In this document: one piece after another, positions 40,134-48,816 of the stretch | Position numbering within the stretch: the first letter of the stretch is position 1 | Layout of the letters: each line of letters begins with the position of its first letter | The notes under the pieces: model-generated | Seen by the model: the letters and a program-made list of their open reading frames with translations, nothing else | Databases searched by the model: none | What the model was told of the DNA's origin: nothing | Program-made: the position numbers and the translations under genes | DNA from: an uncultured Pseudomonadales bacterium | Lineage (GTDB): Bacteria > Patescibacteriota > Microgenomatia > UBA1400 > PJMF01 | Reading direction: 5' to 3' | Assembly: GCA_964511345.1 (NCBI GenBank) | Contig: CAZEEV010000001.1 | Location: 220,342 to 284,341 of the forward strand | Length of the DNA: 64,000 bases

Positions 40134-41791
40134 AAATTCGCCATTTCCTTGAATCTTTTATCAAGTAATTCGCCTTCTACAGATTTTAAAAGCCAACCAG
40201 CTCTTGGACCAGCTTTTTTACCAAGCAATAATAAATAAATGCTTTCAAAAGCTTTTCTAGGGCCAAGACTATTTTTGGATAAATCAAAAATTGCTTGCTG
40301 CAGATCTGCTGGAGCTAAATCTTTTTTCTCTGCTAACATAACCTGCAATTCTTTTAAGAAACTTTTTTGTTCTTCACTCAAAGTTTTAGCTTCCTCTGGC
40401 ATTTCTGCTTTTGGTCGCAACTGATACTCACTAGGAGCATAATTTCTTACCCATACTTCAGCATATTTGATGCGTTCTTCAAGTAAAGCTTTTTCTAAAT
40501 CATTAAGTTTCTCACCTTTAATTTTGGCAAATTCTTCTTCTAAATTTAATTCTGGATGTTGCATCCACATCGCCACATCTCTAAAGCGAGGCAAGAAAGA
40601 AGTTTGTTGAGCTTTACCAAACTGAGATAATTCAAAAGCTCTGGCCAATCTTCGATCACCTTCTTCTAAACCCCAAGCAATGCGTGCTCCTTGATCATAT
40701 TCATCAAAAAGATCTGGAATTGCCATAGTATTTGGATCAAAATCAATTACCTGAGCATAATTACGACTGGCAAATAAAAAGCGCCCAACAGTTGGAGGGA
40801 AAAGTTTGGTAAATTCACGAGCTGAGGTGCCAACACCTTTACTAGAACTCATTTTAGCTCCACGAATCAAAATCCATTCGTAAGGAATATTGAAAGGCAC
40901 AGGAATATTAAAAACTTGTTGGCATTGAGCACTAGCCATATCTCTTGAACCTCCAGCACTAGAGTGATCTTTACCAGCACCTTCAATATTGACACCCATT
41001 GCCGTCCAATGAGCTGGCCAATCAACCTTCCATAATAGTTTACCGTTGCCTCCAAATGGGCTTATTTTGCCTTTATGTCCACAGCCTTTGGCCCAAGTGA
41101 CTTTATTTTCTTGACACTCAAAGGTTACTTCTTGACCATCCCAACCAGTAACCAGAGTGGTTCCAACTTTACCGCAAACTGGACAAATTACTTGAAATGG
41201 ATACCAAAGTTCCGGTAATTCATATTTGGCGACATCTTGATAGATTTTTCTAAGTGGCGTAACGCTATCCAAAGCTAAACGAATTAGATCGTCCATTTTG
41301 CCAGATTCATAAAGCTCATGACTCCAGACAATCTCTTGAGTACATCCTAAAGAACGGAAGGCGTGCATAAAATCTACCGCATAAAGTTGTGCAAAATTTT
41401 TTGCGTTTTCAAGATCCGCTAATTCTGCAGCTGAAGTCTGGGTTAAATCAATGCCACATTGATCTAAAGCTGGTTTGGGAATTCTATAAAGAGGTTTGCC
41501 CATGTGCTGACCGAACTCTGTTTCATCTAAATAAGCTGGCAAACCATCCATTGGATCCATGTCATTAAAAACATAAGTGTTATCTGGTTCAATGCCTCTT
41601 TCACGTAAAACTTGAGCGACTAAATCATGAAGTAAAACACCACGTAAGGCACCAGTGTGTACACGACCAGAAGGGGTTTTCATATCGTCTACGTGCAATC
41701 GTTTAATACCAGTTTTTTCTTGCCACTTCAAAATACCATCAACCACTTTATCTAGCCAATGTTTGCTTTGTGGTATTTGTGTTTTTTCCAT
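40130..41791 (-). CDS. lysK: Lysyl-tRNA synthetase, class I (LysK-type)
   Basis: 553 aa. A class I Rossmann HxGx element (PSGRVHTGALRG) and KMSSSKG, the characteristic KMSKS variant of class I LysRS. Confidence 0.6.
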   Translation of the reverse strand: MEKTQIPQSKHWLDKVVDGILKWQEKTGIKRLHVDDMKTPSGRVHTGALRGVLLHDLVAQVLRERGIEPDNTYVFNDMDPMDGLPAYLDETEFGQHMGKPLYRIPKPALDQCGIDLTQTSAAELADLENAKNFAQLYAVDFMHAFRSLGCTQEIVWSHELYESGKMDDLIRLALDSVTPLRKIYQDVAKYELPELWYPFQVICPVCGKVGTTLVTGWDGQEVTFECQENKVTWAKGCGHKGKISPFGGNGKLLWKVDWPAHWTAMGVNIEGAGKDHSSAGGSRDMASAQCQQVFNIPVPFNIPYEWILIRGAKMSSSKGVGTSAREFTKLFPPTVGRFLFASRNYAQVIDFDPNTMAIPDLFDEYDQGARIAWGLEEGDRRLARAFELSQFGKAQQTSFLPRFRDVAMWMQHPELNLEEEFAKIKGEKLNDLEKALLEERIKYAEVWVRNYAPSEYQLRPKAEMPEEAKTLSEEQKSFLKELQVMLAEKKDLAPADLQQAIFDLSKNSLGPRKAFESIYLLLLGKKAGPRAGWLLKSVEGELLDKRFKEMANL

Positions 41792-41809
41792 AAAATTCCT
41801 ATTGTATTG

Positions 41810-41979
41810 TACAAACCAAGAACTTTAACATAAGACCATTTGCAGAAGCTGATTGCCAAACATCAATAAACAATCATGTTTATAGACAGCGACTGCAATG
41901 AGTGTAGAAGAAGATCGTTAACTTAAAGAAGCTAATAATTTTCGTCTAACGTGTCTTATGTTAAAGTTCTTGGTTTGTA
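41810..41979 (-). repeat. Perfect 27-bp inverted repeat pair separated by 116 bp in the lysK 5' leader; a MITE-like or long-hairpin element
   Basis: tacaaaccaagaactttaacataagac at 41810-41836 and its exact reverse complement at 41953-41979. The spacer contains nested imperfect palindromes (atttgcag/ctgcaat; ataaacaatcatgtttat). A candidate -10 box TATAAT (rc of 41981-41986) lies just upstream on the minus strand, and an AGGAA RBS lies 6 nt before the lysK AUG. Confidence 0.7.
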
Positions 41980-41993
41980 AACCCTATTATATC

Positions 41994-42030
41994 TAAAAAA
42001 CCCCGCTTTTGGCGGGGCTTTTCTTGTTTT
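41994..42030 (-). terminator. greA intrinsic terminator
   Basis: aaaaaaCCCCGCttttgGCGGGGcttttcttgttttt: a GC stem with a U-run on the minus strand. Confidence 0.65.
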
Positions 42031-42039
42031 TAATTTGTT

Positions 42040-42504
42040 TTATTTAATTTCTAAAATTTTGTAAGTAATTTTGCCCGCCGGGGTTTCTACTTCAACCTTA
42101 TCTCCCTTACTCTTGGAGAATAAAGCCTTGCCAACTGGAGATTCAACAGAAATTTTACCTTCAGCTGGGTTAGATTCATATTCACCACTCATTTGGTAAG
42201 TGATTTTTTTATTTTTACCAACTACTTCTACAGTTACAATAGAGCCCAAGGAAACAGTGCTAGTGCTTTTGACGGCAGTGACTTCGGCTTTGGCCAGAAT
42301 CTCTTCAATTTCATTAACACGAGCTTGTAAAATATCTCTTTCATCTCTCGCACTGTGATAATCAGCATTTTCTGAAAGATCACCTTGTTCTCTGGCATTG
42401 GCAATTCGTTCGATCACTCGAGGCATGGAAACAGTTTTGAGTTCTTGCAACTCTTGTTGCAACTCTTCGTAACCAGTCTGAGTAATTGTAATTGTGTCTG
42501 ACAT
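42040..42504 (-). CDS. greA: Transcription elongation factor GreA
   Basis: 154 aa. N-terminal coiled coil and a C-terminal FKBP-like domain; ...LSENADYHSARDE... is conserved. Confidence 0.9.
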   Translation of the reverse strand: MSDTITITQTGYEELQQELQELKTVSMPRVIERIANAREQGDLSENADYHSARDERDILQARVNEIEEILAKAEVTAVKSTSTVSLGSIVTVEVVGKNKKITYQMSGEYESNPAEGKISVESPVGKALFSKSKGDKVEVETPAGKITYKILEIK

Positions 42505-42554
42505 AACAGTTGCTTAGTATAAATAAATTTTCGTCTTTGGCAATAGCTTGAATT

Positions 42555-44324
42555 TTACTGACCGAGTACTAGGACTGCGCTGTAGGCATTAGTGCTATCT
42601 TCATCCTCAATATCGGTCTTTAGAGCCAGAGTGAGGTCAGTGACTGTTTCTAATTCTTTGAGTAAAGCTGCATTGCTAGCGTTATCTTCTTTAACTAACA
42701 AATAGTCGCCTTTTTCATAGATACCCTTAGCGTTTTTGGCATTTACATTTTCAAATTTGGCAGCTTTGACTTTGTTAGCAATCGTCGAAGCATAGCCAGC
42801 TTTAGTGGTGGCGTTAACTACGAGTATTTTGTAATCAGCTTTGTTAATTTCAATAGTTGGAGTAGGGGTTGGTGTCGCCTCTGGAGTGACGCTTGGTTCT
42901 ACCTCCACCACTGGTTTACTGTCAGTTTTGTGATTGGTCCATTGCAAATAAGCCAAACCAATTCCTACACCTAAAGCAATAGTTACTACAAAACTTAAAA
43001 AACCAATTAAGATCATTTTAGCCACAGACGAGCCATCATTCTGATTTTTAATTACTTGTTTTTCTGGGATTTTTGCGGATTCACTAGATTTCTTATCAGA
43101 TGCATCTGTCTGTTTAGACTCTTTTGAAACTTGATTTTTGTCAAAAACTGAAGGGTCAAGAGCTAAGTTAGCAAATTGACTAAAATCAACTTCTTTTTCT
43201 TCCACCGGAGTTTGTTTTTCTGCCATATCTACCTTTTCGCTTATGACTTCTTCTATTTTAGCTGATTTGTCGGGAATTTCCACTTTTTCTGGAGTTACTG
43301 CCGGTTCTTCATCCAAACTCTCTACTGCCACTTCAACTACTGGAGTGCTTGTAACAGTCGTTGGAACTGGTAAAACAGCTTCACCTACCACTGCTGGTTT
43401 AACCATATTATCCAAATCATCTTCCAAATCGTCTTCTACTTCGCTTTTTTCATCAACTGAAATGTTCTGAGCTTGATAATTTTTGTCCAAATTAAATTGA
43501 GGCAACAAGAACTCTGGAATTGAAAAAGTCTTAGCTCCAGCTTCAATAATTTGTCTCACATAAGAAGGCATGCTCTCGTTTTCACTAGCTAAATCAGCTA
43601 ATTGCTGAACTGGAAGAGTTTCTTTAAGTTTCTCTTTGATGGCATCGTCAACCAAACTATTGGTCAATAAATAAACAGTTTGTAAGCTGGGTTCGACTCC
43701 TTTAAGAGTTTTAACAGTTTCAGCAAAATTTTCTCCTTCGGCAACCTCCACAGAATAACACTGATCCACGCCAATATAGTGCTCGGCTAAAAATAAATGG
43801 TTGCCCATTTGCAAAATCGCTACCGATGGCTCGAGACTAATAATTGATTTACTAGTCCAACTCAATGGAGAGATGGATTCAATTTTAATGTCTTTGTGAC
43901 TTTCAAGAATTTTGGTTAGAGGAACAACCACTGATTTCTCCAGAGCAGTTAGTTGAACTTTAAAAGCTCCCTTATAATTACTTAGAACTGTCGTGTCCAA
44001 ATAATAATCTTCATTGTTGATATTTAATTCTGGTAATAATTTATTGTTTAAATGTTCTTTGACAGCTTCTTCGCTTTCCAACTCGAGATTAACAATGGTG
44101 CTAGTAAATAAAAAATCTGGTAAAACTAATTTGTAGCTTCCAGCTTCTAATTTGGAAAAAAGTTTAATTAAATTGCTCTCGAGTAAATTATTTTCGTCTA
44201 AAAACTCACCGTTAATTTGGCGAAAGTCGGAAAGTGTAAAATCATGAGCCTTTTTGCCAGGAACTAATTTAGCAATGTAAGCTAAATCAGAAAGAATATA
44301 GAGCAAACGAGTGTCGGTAGGCAT
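42555..44324 (-). CDS. Hypothetical bitopic membrane protein with a cytoplasmic N-terminal domain (possibly PilM/FtsA-like), a long acidic disordered linker, one TM, and a C-terminal LytR_C-like domain
   Basis: 589 aa. The TM is MILIGFLSFVVTIALGVGIGLAYL. The C-terminal roughly 90 aa (YKILVVNATTKAGYASTIANKV...AVLVLGQ) resembles the LytR C-terminal domain. The N-terminal domain assignment is speculative. Confidence 0.35.
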   Translation of the reverse strand: MPTDTRLLYILSDLAYIAKLVPGKKAHDFTLSDFRQINGEFLDENNLLESNLIKLFSKLEAGSYKLVLPDFLFTSTIVNLELESEEAVKEHLNNKLLPELNINNEDYYLDTTVLSNYKGAFKVQLTALEKSVVVPLTKILESHKDIKIESISPLSWTSKSIISLEPSVAILQMGNHLFLAEHYIGVDQCYSVEVAEGENFAETVKTLKGVEPSLQTVYLLTNSLVDDAIKEKLKETLPVQQLADLASENESMPSYVRQIIEAGAKTFSIPEFLLPQFNLDKNYQAQNISVDEKSEVEDDLEDDLDNMVKPAVVGEAVLPVPTTVTSTPVVEVAVESLDEEPAVTPEKVEIPDKSAKIEEVISEKVDMAEKQTPVEEKEVDFSQFANLALDPSVFDKNQVSKESKQTDASDKKSSESAKIPEKQVIKNQNDGSSVAKMILIGFLSFVVTIALGVGIGLAYLQWTNHKTDSKPVVEVEPSVTPEATPTPTPTIEINKADYKILVVNATTKAGYASTIANKVKAAKFENVNAKNAKGIYEKGDYLLVKEDNASNAALLKELETVTDLTLALKTDIEDEDSTNAYSAVLVLGQ

Positions 44325-44425
44325 ACCAAAATTATAACTTGAATAGCAAGGGAGTGCAAATAGGGTAAAGTAAAAAAATATTGCTTGACACCGGAGGCTT
44401 AAAAAAGTAGATTCTTTAGCTAAAT

Positions 44426-45079
44426 ATGTCCCAAGAATTTCTGCAGGTTTTATCGGTTAATAACCAAAAAATCATTAAAAAACTTAACACTCCGGAACTA
44501 GTCCAAGATTTTGTCGATCAAAAAGTTATTTACGATACAAAGCGTGAAGACCGAACTATCGAAGAAATCCTAAATGACGGGCGGGGTGAATGTTATGGTG
44601 GAGCTTTACTTGCTGCCACTTGCTTAATGGTGGCTAATCTTGAGGTTTTCTTAGTTAGAATTGAAGCCAGAGGAGGAGATGAGGAACACATTCTTTGCGT
44701 ATATAAACAAAACAACTATTTTGGTTCAATCGCTCAAAGTAAATTTTTGGGCTTAAAAGACAGAAAACCAATTTATAAAACCATTAGAGATTTAGTAGTT
44801 AGTTATCAAGAATTTTATTTTGGTTTTGATGGCAGGTACACTCTCTTGTCTTTTCATCAACCACTAAATCTTAAAAAATACCAATTTACTTGGCTTAGTC
44901 AAAGAGAAAGTGTTTTGCAAATAGCCAAAGATTTAATCTCCGCCCCAATTGAAGAAATTGCTAAATTAGATGATCCTTATTTTCTAGTAAATCCCAAACG
45001 CTACTGGAACGAAATTCTCTACATTCCTGAGTGGGCAAAAATTCCAGAAAGTTATTTACGAGTAAAAAAAGACGCATAA
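44426..45079 (+). CDS. Hypothetical protein with conserved Cys/His (possible papain-fold or transglutaminase-like peptidase)
   Basis: 217 aa. GECYGGALLAATCL then ...EEHILCVY... places a Cys ahead of a His as in papain-like folds. Followed by a terminator aaaaagacgcataattgcgtcttttt. Confidence 0.3.
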   Translation: MSQEFLQVLSVNNQKIIKKLNTPELVQDFVDQKVIYDTKREDRTIEEILNDGRGECYGGALLAATCLMVANLEVFLVRIEARGGDEEHILCVYKQNNYFGSIAQSKFLGLKDRKPIYKTIRDLVVSYQEFYFGFDGRYTLLSFHQPLNLKKYQFTWLSQRESVLQIAKDLISAPIEEIAKLDDPYFLVNPKRYWNEILYIPEWAKIPESYLRVKKDA

Positions 45080-45098
45080 TTGCGTCTTTTTCTTATAT

Positions 45099-45195
45099 GT
45101 GAGTCCGGTGGAGCTCCACTCTTCGAGTGCTAGTCACGCGCTTCGTAAATAAAAGGCACTCAAAAATTCAATCTCGCTTGACGGTGGAACCCATA
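45099..45195 (-). repeat. tRNA-Lys-associated repeat unit (partial tRNA-Lys 3' copy plus an insert)
   Basis: Minus strand ...AUGGGUUC[CACCGUCAAGCGAGAUUGAAUUUUUGAGUGCCUUUUAUUUACGAAGCGCGUGACUAGCACUCGAAGAGUG]GAGCUCCACCGGACUCA, against authentic GUGGGUUCGAGUCCCACCGGACUCA. Confidence 0.6.
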
Positions 45196-45264
45196 TATTT
45201 GGCTTTTCATCTATACCGGCTCCATTTATAAAAAAACACGCTTACAGCGTGATTTTTTATAAAG

Positions 45265-45338
45265 TGAGTCCGGTGGGACTCGAACCCACGACGCACAGCT
45301 TAAAAGGCTGTCGCTCTAACCGACTGAGCTACGGACCC
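45265..45338 (-). tRNA. tRNA-Lys (anticodon UUU)
   Basis: Acceptor GGGTCCG/CGGACTC, anticodon loop CUUUUAA, T arm GTGGG-TTCGAGT-CCCAC, discriminator A. A terminator hairpin (cacgctgtaagcgtg + U-run) follows at 45231-45260. Confidence 0.85.
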
Positions 45339-45390
45339 ATGTTAAAAAACAAGTTATTATATCAAAGTTTAAAAACTTTATAGCCTCTAA

Positions 45391-45960
45391 TTAATCATTG
45401 ACTCTAGAAACGTAAGCTGCTGTTTCAGTATCAATTAATAAGGTATCACCGGTTTTAATAAAAAGAGGTGCTTGAACAATCAAACCACTTTCCATCACTA
45501 TTGGCTTTTTACCAGCAGTCTGACGATCGCCAGAGACAGCATCTTGAGCTTCTGCCACAGTCATTCTAACCTTAGGTGGCAAAATTACCCCAATTACTTG
45601 CTCTTCATAAATAGTTAAATAAACTTTGATTTCAGAAGTTAGCATCTGCACTTTATCACCCAAAATATGTTTTGGTACAGATAATTGTTCATAAGAGCGT
45701 GGATCCATAAAGACAACTTCATTACCATCCAAATACAAAAATTGCATTTCTTTTGTTTCAACATCTAATTCTTCAACATTGTCGTGAGATTTAAAGTTAA
45801 ATTCGATGTTGGCACCATTGCGCATATCGCGCATTTTGACTCTGGTAAAAGCAGAACCTTTGCCAGGAGAAACGAATTGGGTCTTCACTACATAATGAGG
45901 AAGGTCTTTATATAAAATATAAATACCTTTTTTGATGTTGCCGGCTTTGATGGTTGACAT
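45391..45960 (-). CDS. efp: Translation elongation factor P
   Basis: 189 aa. ...VSPGKGSAFTRVKMRD... carries the conserved modified Lys loop. Confidence 0.9.
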   Translation of the reverse strand: MSTIKAGNIKKGIYILYKDLPHYVVKTQFVSPGKGSAFTRVKMRDMRNGANIEFNFKSHDNVEELDVETKEMQFLYLDGNEVVFMDPRSYEQLSVPKHILGDKVQMLTSEIKVYLTIYEEQVIGVILPPKVRMTVAEAQDAVSGDRQTAGKKPIVMESGLIVQAPLFIKTGDTLLIDTETAAYVSRVND

Positions 45961-45991
45961 AACTAGAGTATTTTACGCCTGGCGTATTGTT

Positions 45992-47053
45992 TTAGTCAAG
46001 GAAGAGCTCACTGGCTGGAAAAAGTAGAGCGTCGTCAATATTATCTACATCTGAAAAAAGCATAACCAAGCGGTCAACTCCCACCGCCATGCCGCTACAA
46101 GCTGACAAACCAGATTTTAAAGCATCAAGAAAATCTTGATCAATTGGTTGTGATTTTTTGCCCAGTTCATGACGTAAAAGTAAATCTGCCTCCAAACCTT
46201 CTTTTTGCAAAACTGCATCAGTTAATTCTCCAAAAGCATTGCCCAATTCCATACCTGCCAAATAAACTTCAAAACGTTCTGCAAAACGCGGATCTTTTTT
46301 GGTTCTCTGAGCTAAAGCTGTTTGGGCAGCAGGATAATCATAAACAATCACTGGCTGATTAAATTCGGCCAACTTGGGTTCAATTTCGTTTAAAAACAAT
46401 TGGTTATAAACTTCCTCCCAAATTAGATCTTTAGAAAGAGCCTTGAGACCGGTTAAATCATAACCTAATTCCAGAGCTTTAAGACAAATGGCGCGTAAAT
46501 CAAAAAGTTGGTCTTCATTTAAATTTAAATATTTTTTAAATAATTCTGCGACACTAATTTTTGGATAGGGAGCACTTAAATCAAAAGTTTCGCCCTGATA
46601 AACAAACTTTTTTTCATCAATTCCTAGATTTCGACAAACAAAACTAAGCATGTGCGCAAAATCATCCATCACCTTAAAATAATTAGCATTGACACGGTAA
46701 AACTCTAAAATTGTAAACTCTGGATTATGCCAACCACCCAAACTTTCCTGATTTCTAAAAGTTTTACAGATTTGAAAAATATTACCAAAATCAGCAGCCA
46801 ATAATTTTTTCATGGCATACTCTGGACTAGTGGTTAAATAAACTGGTTTTTCTTGACCATCGGTTAACTGAAGTTTACTTTCAAAAAGATTAAAATATGG
46901 CTCAGTACTGGGTACGCTTATCATGAGCGGAGTTTCAACTTCATGAAAATTATTTTGTTTAAAAAAAAGTCGCAAAGCATCAACTACTTTTTCTCTAATC
47001 AAAAATCGTGTCTTAAGACCAGGATCTGCCTTAATTTTTTGCCAATTTTTCAT
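45992..47053 (-). CDS. epmA: EF-P beta-lysine ligase EpmA (PoxA/GenX; truncated class II LysRS paralog)
   Basis: 353 aa. Class II core motifs (FHEVETP.., TSPEY, FRNE, GGWHNPEFT, GMAVGVDRL) without an anticodon-binding domain, and a position adjacent to efp. Confidence 0.7.
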   Translation of the reverse strand: MKNWQKIKADPGLKTRFLIREKVVDALRLFFKQNNFHEVETPLMISVPSTEPYFNLFESKLQLTDGQEKPVYLTTSPEYAMKKLLAADFGNIFQICKTFRNQESLGGWHNPEFTILEFYRVNANYFKVMDDFAHMLSFVCRNLGIDEKKFVYQGETFDLSAPYPKISVAELFKKYLNLNEDQLFDLRAICLKALELGYDLTGLKALSKDLIWEEVYNQLFLNEIEPKLAEFNQPVIVYDYPAAQTALAQRTKKDPRFAERFEVYLAGMELGNAFGELTDAVLQKEGLEADLLLRHELGKKSQPIDQDFLDALKSGLSACSGMAVGVDRLVMLFSDVDNIDDALLFPASELFLD

Positions 47054-47057
47054 AATT

Positions 47058-48140
47058 TTATAGATTAATTGCTTTGAGTGAAATATAAACTAAATATAAG
47101 GAAAGCAATAAAATTGATTCCTTCTTATCAAGCTTATTGCGACTCCCAATAAACAGGACCACGATAATAACACTAAATAGCAAGTAGGGAATGTCGAATT
47201 GCACCAAACCACGATCAACATTCCAACCGCTAATAGATGCACCAAGAGCCATCGCCACACAAAGATTAACAACGGTACCACCAACTAAATTGCCCATGGA
47301 AAGATCTCTTGAACCTTTAAGAGCAGCTGTGATGGCAATCACTAATTCTGGCAAACTTACACCAAAGCCTAACAACACAATTCCTACCGTTGCCTCACTG
47401 ATGCCCAATTGAGTGGCCAACATTACTCCTTTAGCTAAAACTATTTGCGAAGCTTTAACGATAATTAGCAAACCAGCTAATAACTTGATTACATCAAGCC
47501 ATTTCATTTTTTTTCTAGTTAACTTGCTTTTAATTTGATCAGAGGCTTGAGCTAAAAAACTTTGGCGACTGGCATAAAGAATGTAGACCACATAAAAAGC
47601 CAATAGAGCAAGCCCTTCAAAACGAGCAATGACAGCATCTCGACTAAAAATATAGAAAGCCATAGCAGCAATGATCACAAAGGCAGCGTTAAAAAAAACA
47701 TTTTTTTTCTTAAATCTGACTACTTTTAAAAGACCAGAAACAGCTACTACTAAAATTAATTGATTCATTGAAGCACCAATTGCATTACCCACTACAATGT
47801 CTGATGTGTTCTGTCCTGCCAAAGTTTGCACTGCTCCAGTTACAGATAAAGTGATCTCTGGAAAACTAGTGCCTAAGGCAACAATGGTCATGCCAACAAA
47901 GGCTTCGGACATACCCCAAGCTTTGGCAAGACGAGAAGCTGCTCCAGTAATGAGGTTAGCTGCCAGCCAGACAAAAAGTAAACCTAGAATAAAAACTAAT
48001 AAACTAGAATTCAACATAAGACTATTAAAGCAAATTTTTGAAGATGGGAGAAGAAGCTGGATTTTAAAAGAAAAGATGATATAATAAATTTGACTGATTC
48101 GGCAGTATAAAGAAAGGATTTTATGAAGAAAATTCTTCAC
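47058..48140 (-). CDS. Na+/Ca2+ exchanger family (CaCA/YrbG-like) membrane protein
   Basis: Two alpha-repeat motifs (GNAIGASMNQLILV and GNLVGGTVVNLCVAMALG). The true start may be an internal Met (MLNSSLL...). Confidence 0.65.
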   Translation of the reverse strand: MKNFLHKILSLYCRISQIYYIIFSFKIQLLLPSSKICFNSLMLNSSLLVFILGLLFVWLAANLITGAASRLAKAWGMSEAFVGMTIVALGTSFPEITLSVTGAVQTLAGQNTSDIVVGNAIGASMNQLILVVAVSGLLKVVRFKKKNVFFNAAFVIIAAMAFYIFSRDAVIARFEGLALLAFYVVYILYASRQSFLAQASDQIKSKLTRKKMKWLDVIKLLAGLLIIVKASQIVLAKGVMLATQLGISEATVGIVLLGFGVSLPELVIAITAALKGSRDLSMGNLVGGTVVNLCVAMALGASISGWNVDRGLVQFDIPYLLFSVIIVVLFIGSRNKLDKKESILLLSLYLVYISLKAINL

Positions 48141-48174
48141 TGCTTGCCCAGAATCTTAACATTATTTACATAAG

Positions 48175-48447
48175 TTGCTCAATCTTGTGTTTTTCGAACA
48201 TTCTGAGAGAATCTCAGAGTTTACTTCCCGTAATCTTTCATCTAATTTTTGTGTCATTCTGATTATGTTAACGGTAATTGCCTGGCGAAATAAACTAGCC
48301 AGTGGCTGGCTGTTTATACTGACAGGCTTAATAATTATTTTCCTACCAGATTTTAAATCCTGGATTTCGGCAATCCCTGCTTTTACAATAGGAATACTAT
48401 TTTGGATTGGTGCCGACACTGTTGCTAACAAACGTCGTTATTTTTAA
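48175..48447 (+). CDS. Small membrane protein, paralog A (possibly N-terminally truncated)
   Basis: ...IMLTVIAWRNKLASGWLFILTGLIIIFLPDFKSWISAIPAFTIGILFWIGADTV aligns along its length with the downstream gene product. Confidence 0.35.
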   Translation: MLNLVFFEHSERISEFTSRNLSSNFCVILIMLTVIAWRNKLASGWLFILTGLIIIFLPDFKSWISAIPAFTIGILFWIGADTVANKRRYF

Positions 48448-48462
48448 AGAAAGGAAATTTTT

Positions 48463-48777
48463 ATGAAAAAATTTCTTTATTTACTACCTAGAGTTTTGGC
48501 GGTTTTGTTTATTGCTTTCGTTAGTTTGTTTGCTTTGGATGCTTTTGAACAAGCCCAATGGCTCATGGCTTTAATAATGCATTTAATTCCCAGTTTTATT
48601 TTAATTGCTATAACAATTGTTGCCTGGAAACGTGAGCTTATTGGAGGCCTACTTTTTATTTTAGTTGGAGGAATACTTTTGTTTTTATCTGGTTTTGAAT
48701 CATGGATTGTTTCAGCACCGGCTTTTGTGATTGGAGTGCTGTTTTGGGTGGGGAAGAAATATTGTAAATCAGCTTAG
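48463..48777 (+). CDS. Small 3-4 TM membrane protein, paralog B
   Basis: 104 aa. ...IAITIVAWKRELIGGLLFILVGGILLFLSGFESWIVSAPAFVIGVLFWVGKKY... is clearly homologous to paralog A. Confidence 0.45.
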   Translation: MKKFLYLLPRVLAVLFIAFVSLFALDAFEQAQWLMALIMHLIPSFILIAITIVAWKRELIGGLLFILVGGILLFLSGFESWIVSAPAFVIGVLFWVGKKYCKSA

Positions 48778-48816
48778 TCAGTAGAAATAAGATAATTATC
48801 TTGCTAAACTCAACGT

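Noticed and set aside
41792-42000. T-box riboswitch in front of class-I lysK (as in Bacillus cereus)
   Set aside because: The minus-strand leader lacks the AGGGUGGNACCGCG T-box sequence and a UGGNACC bulge. Only a long perfect hairpin is present.
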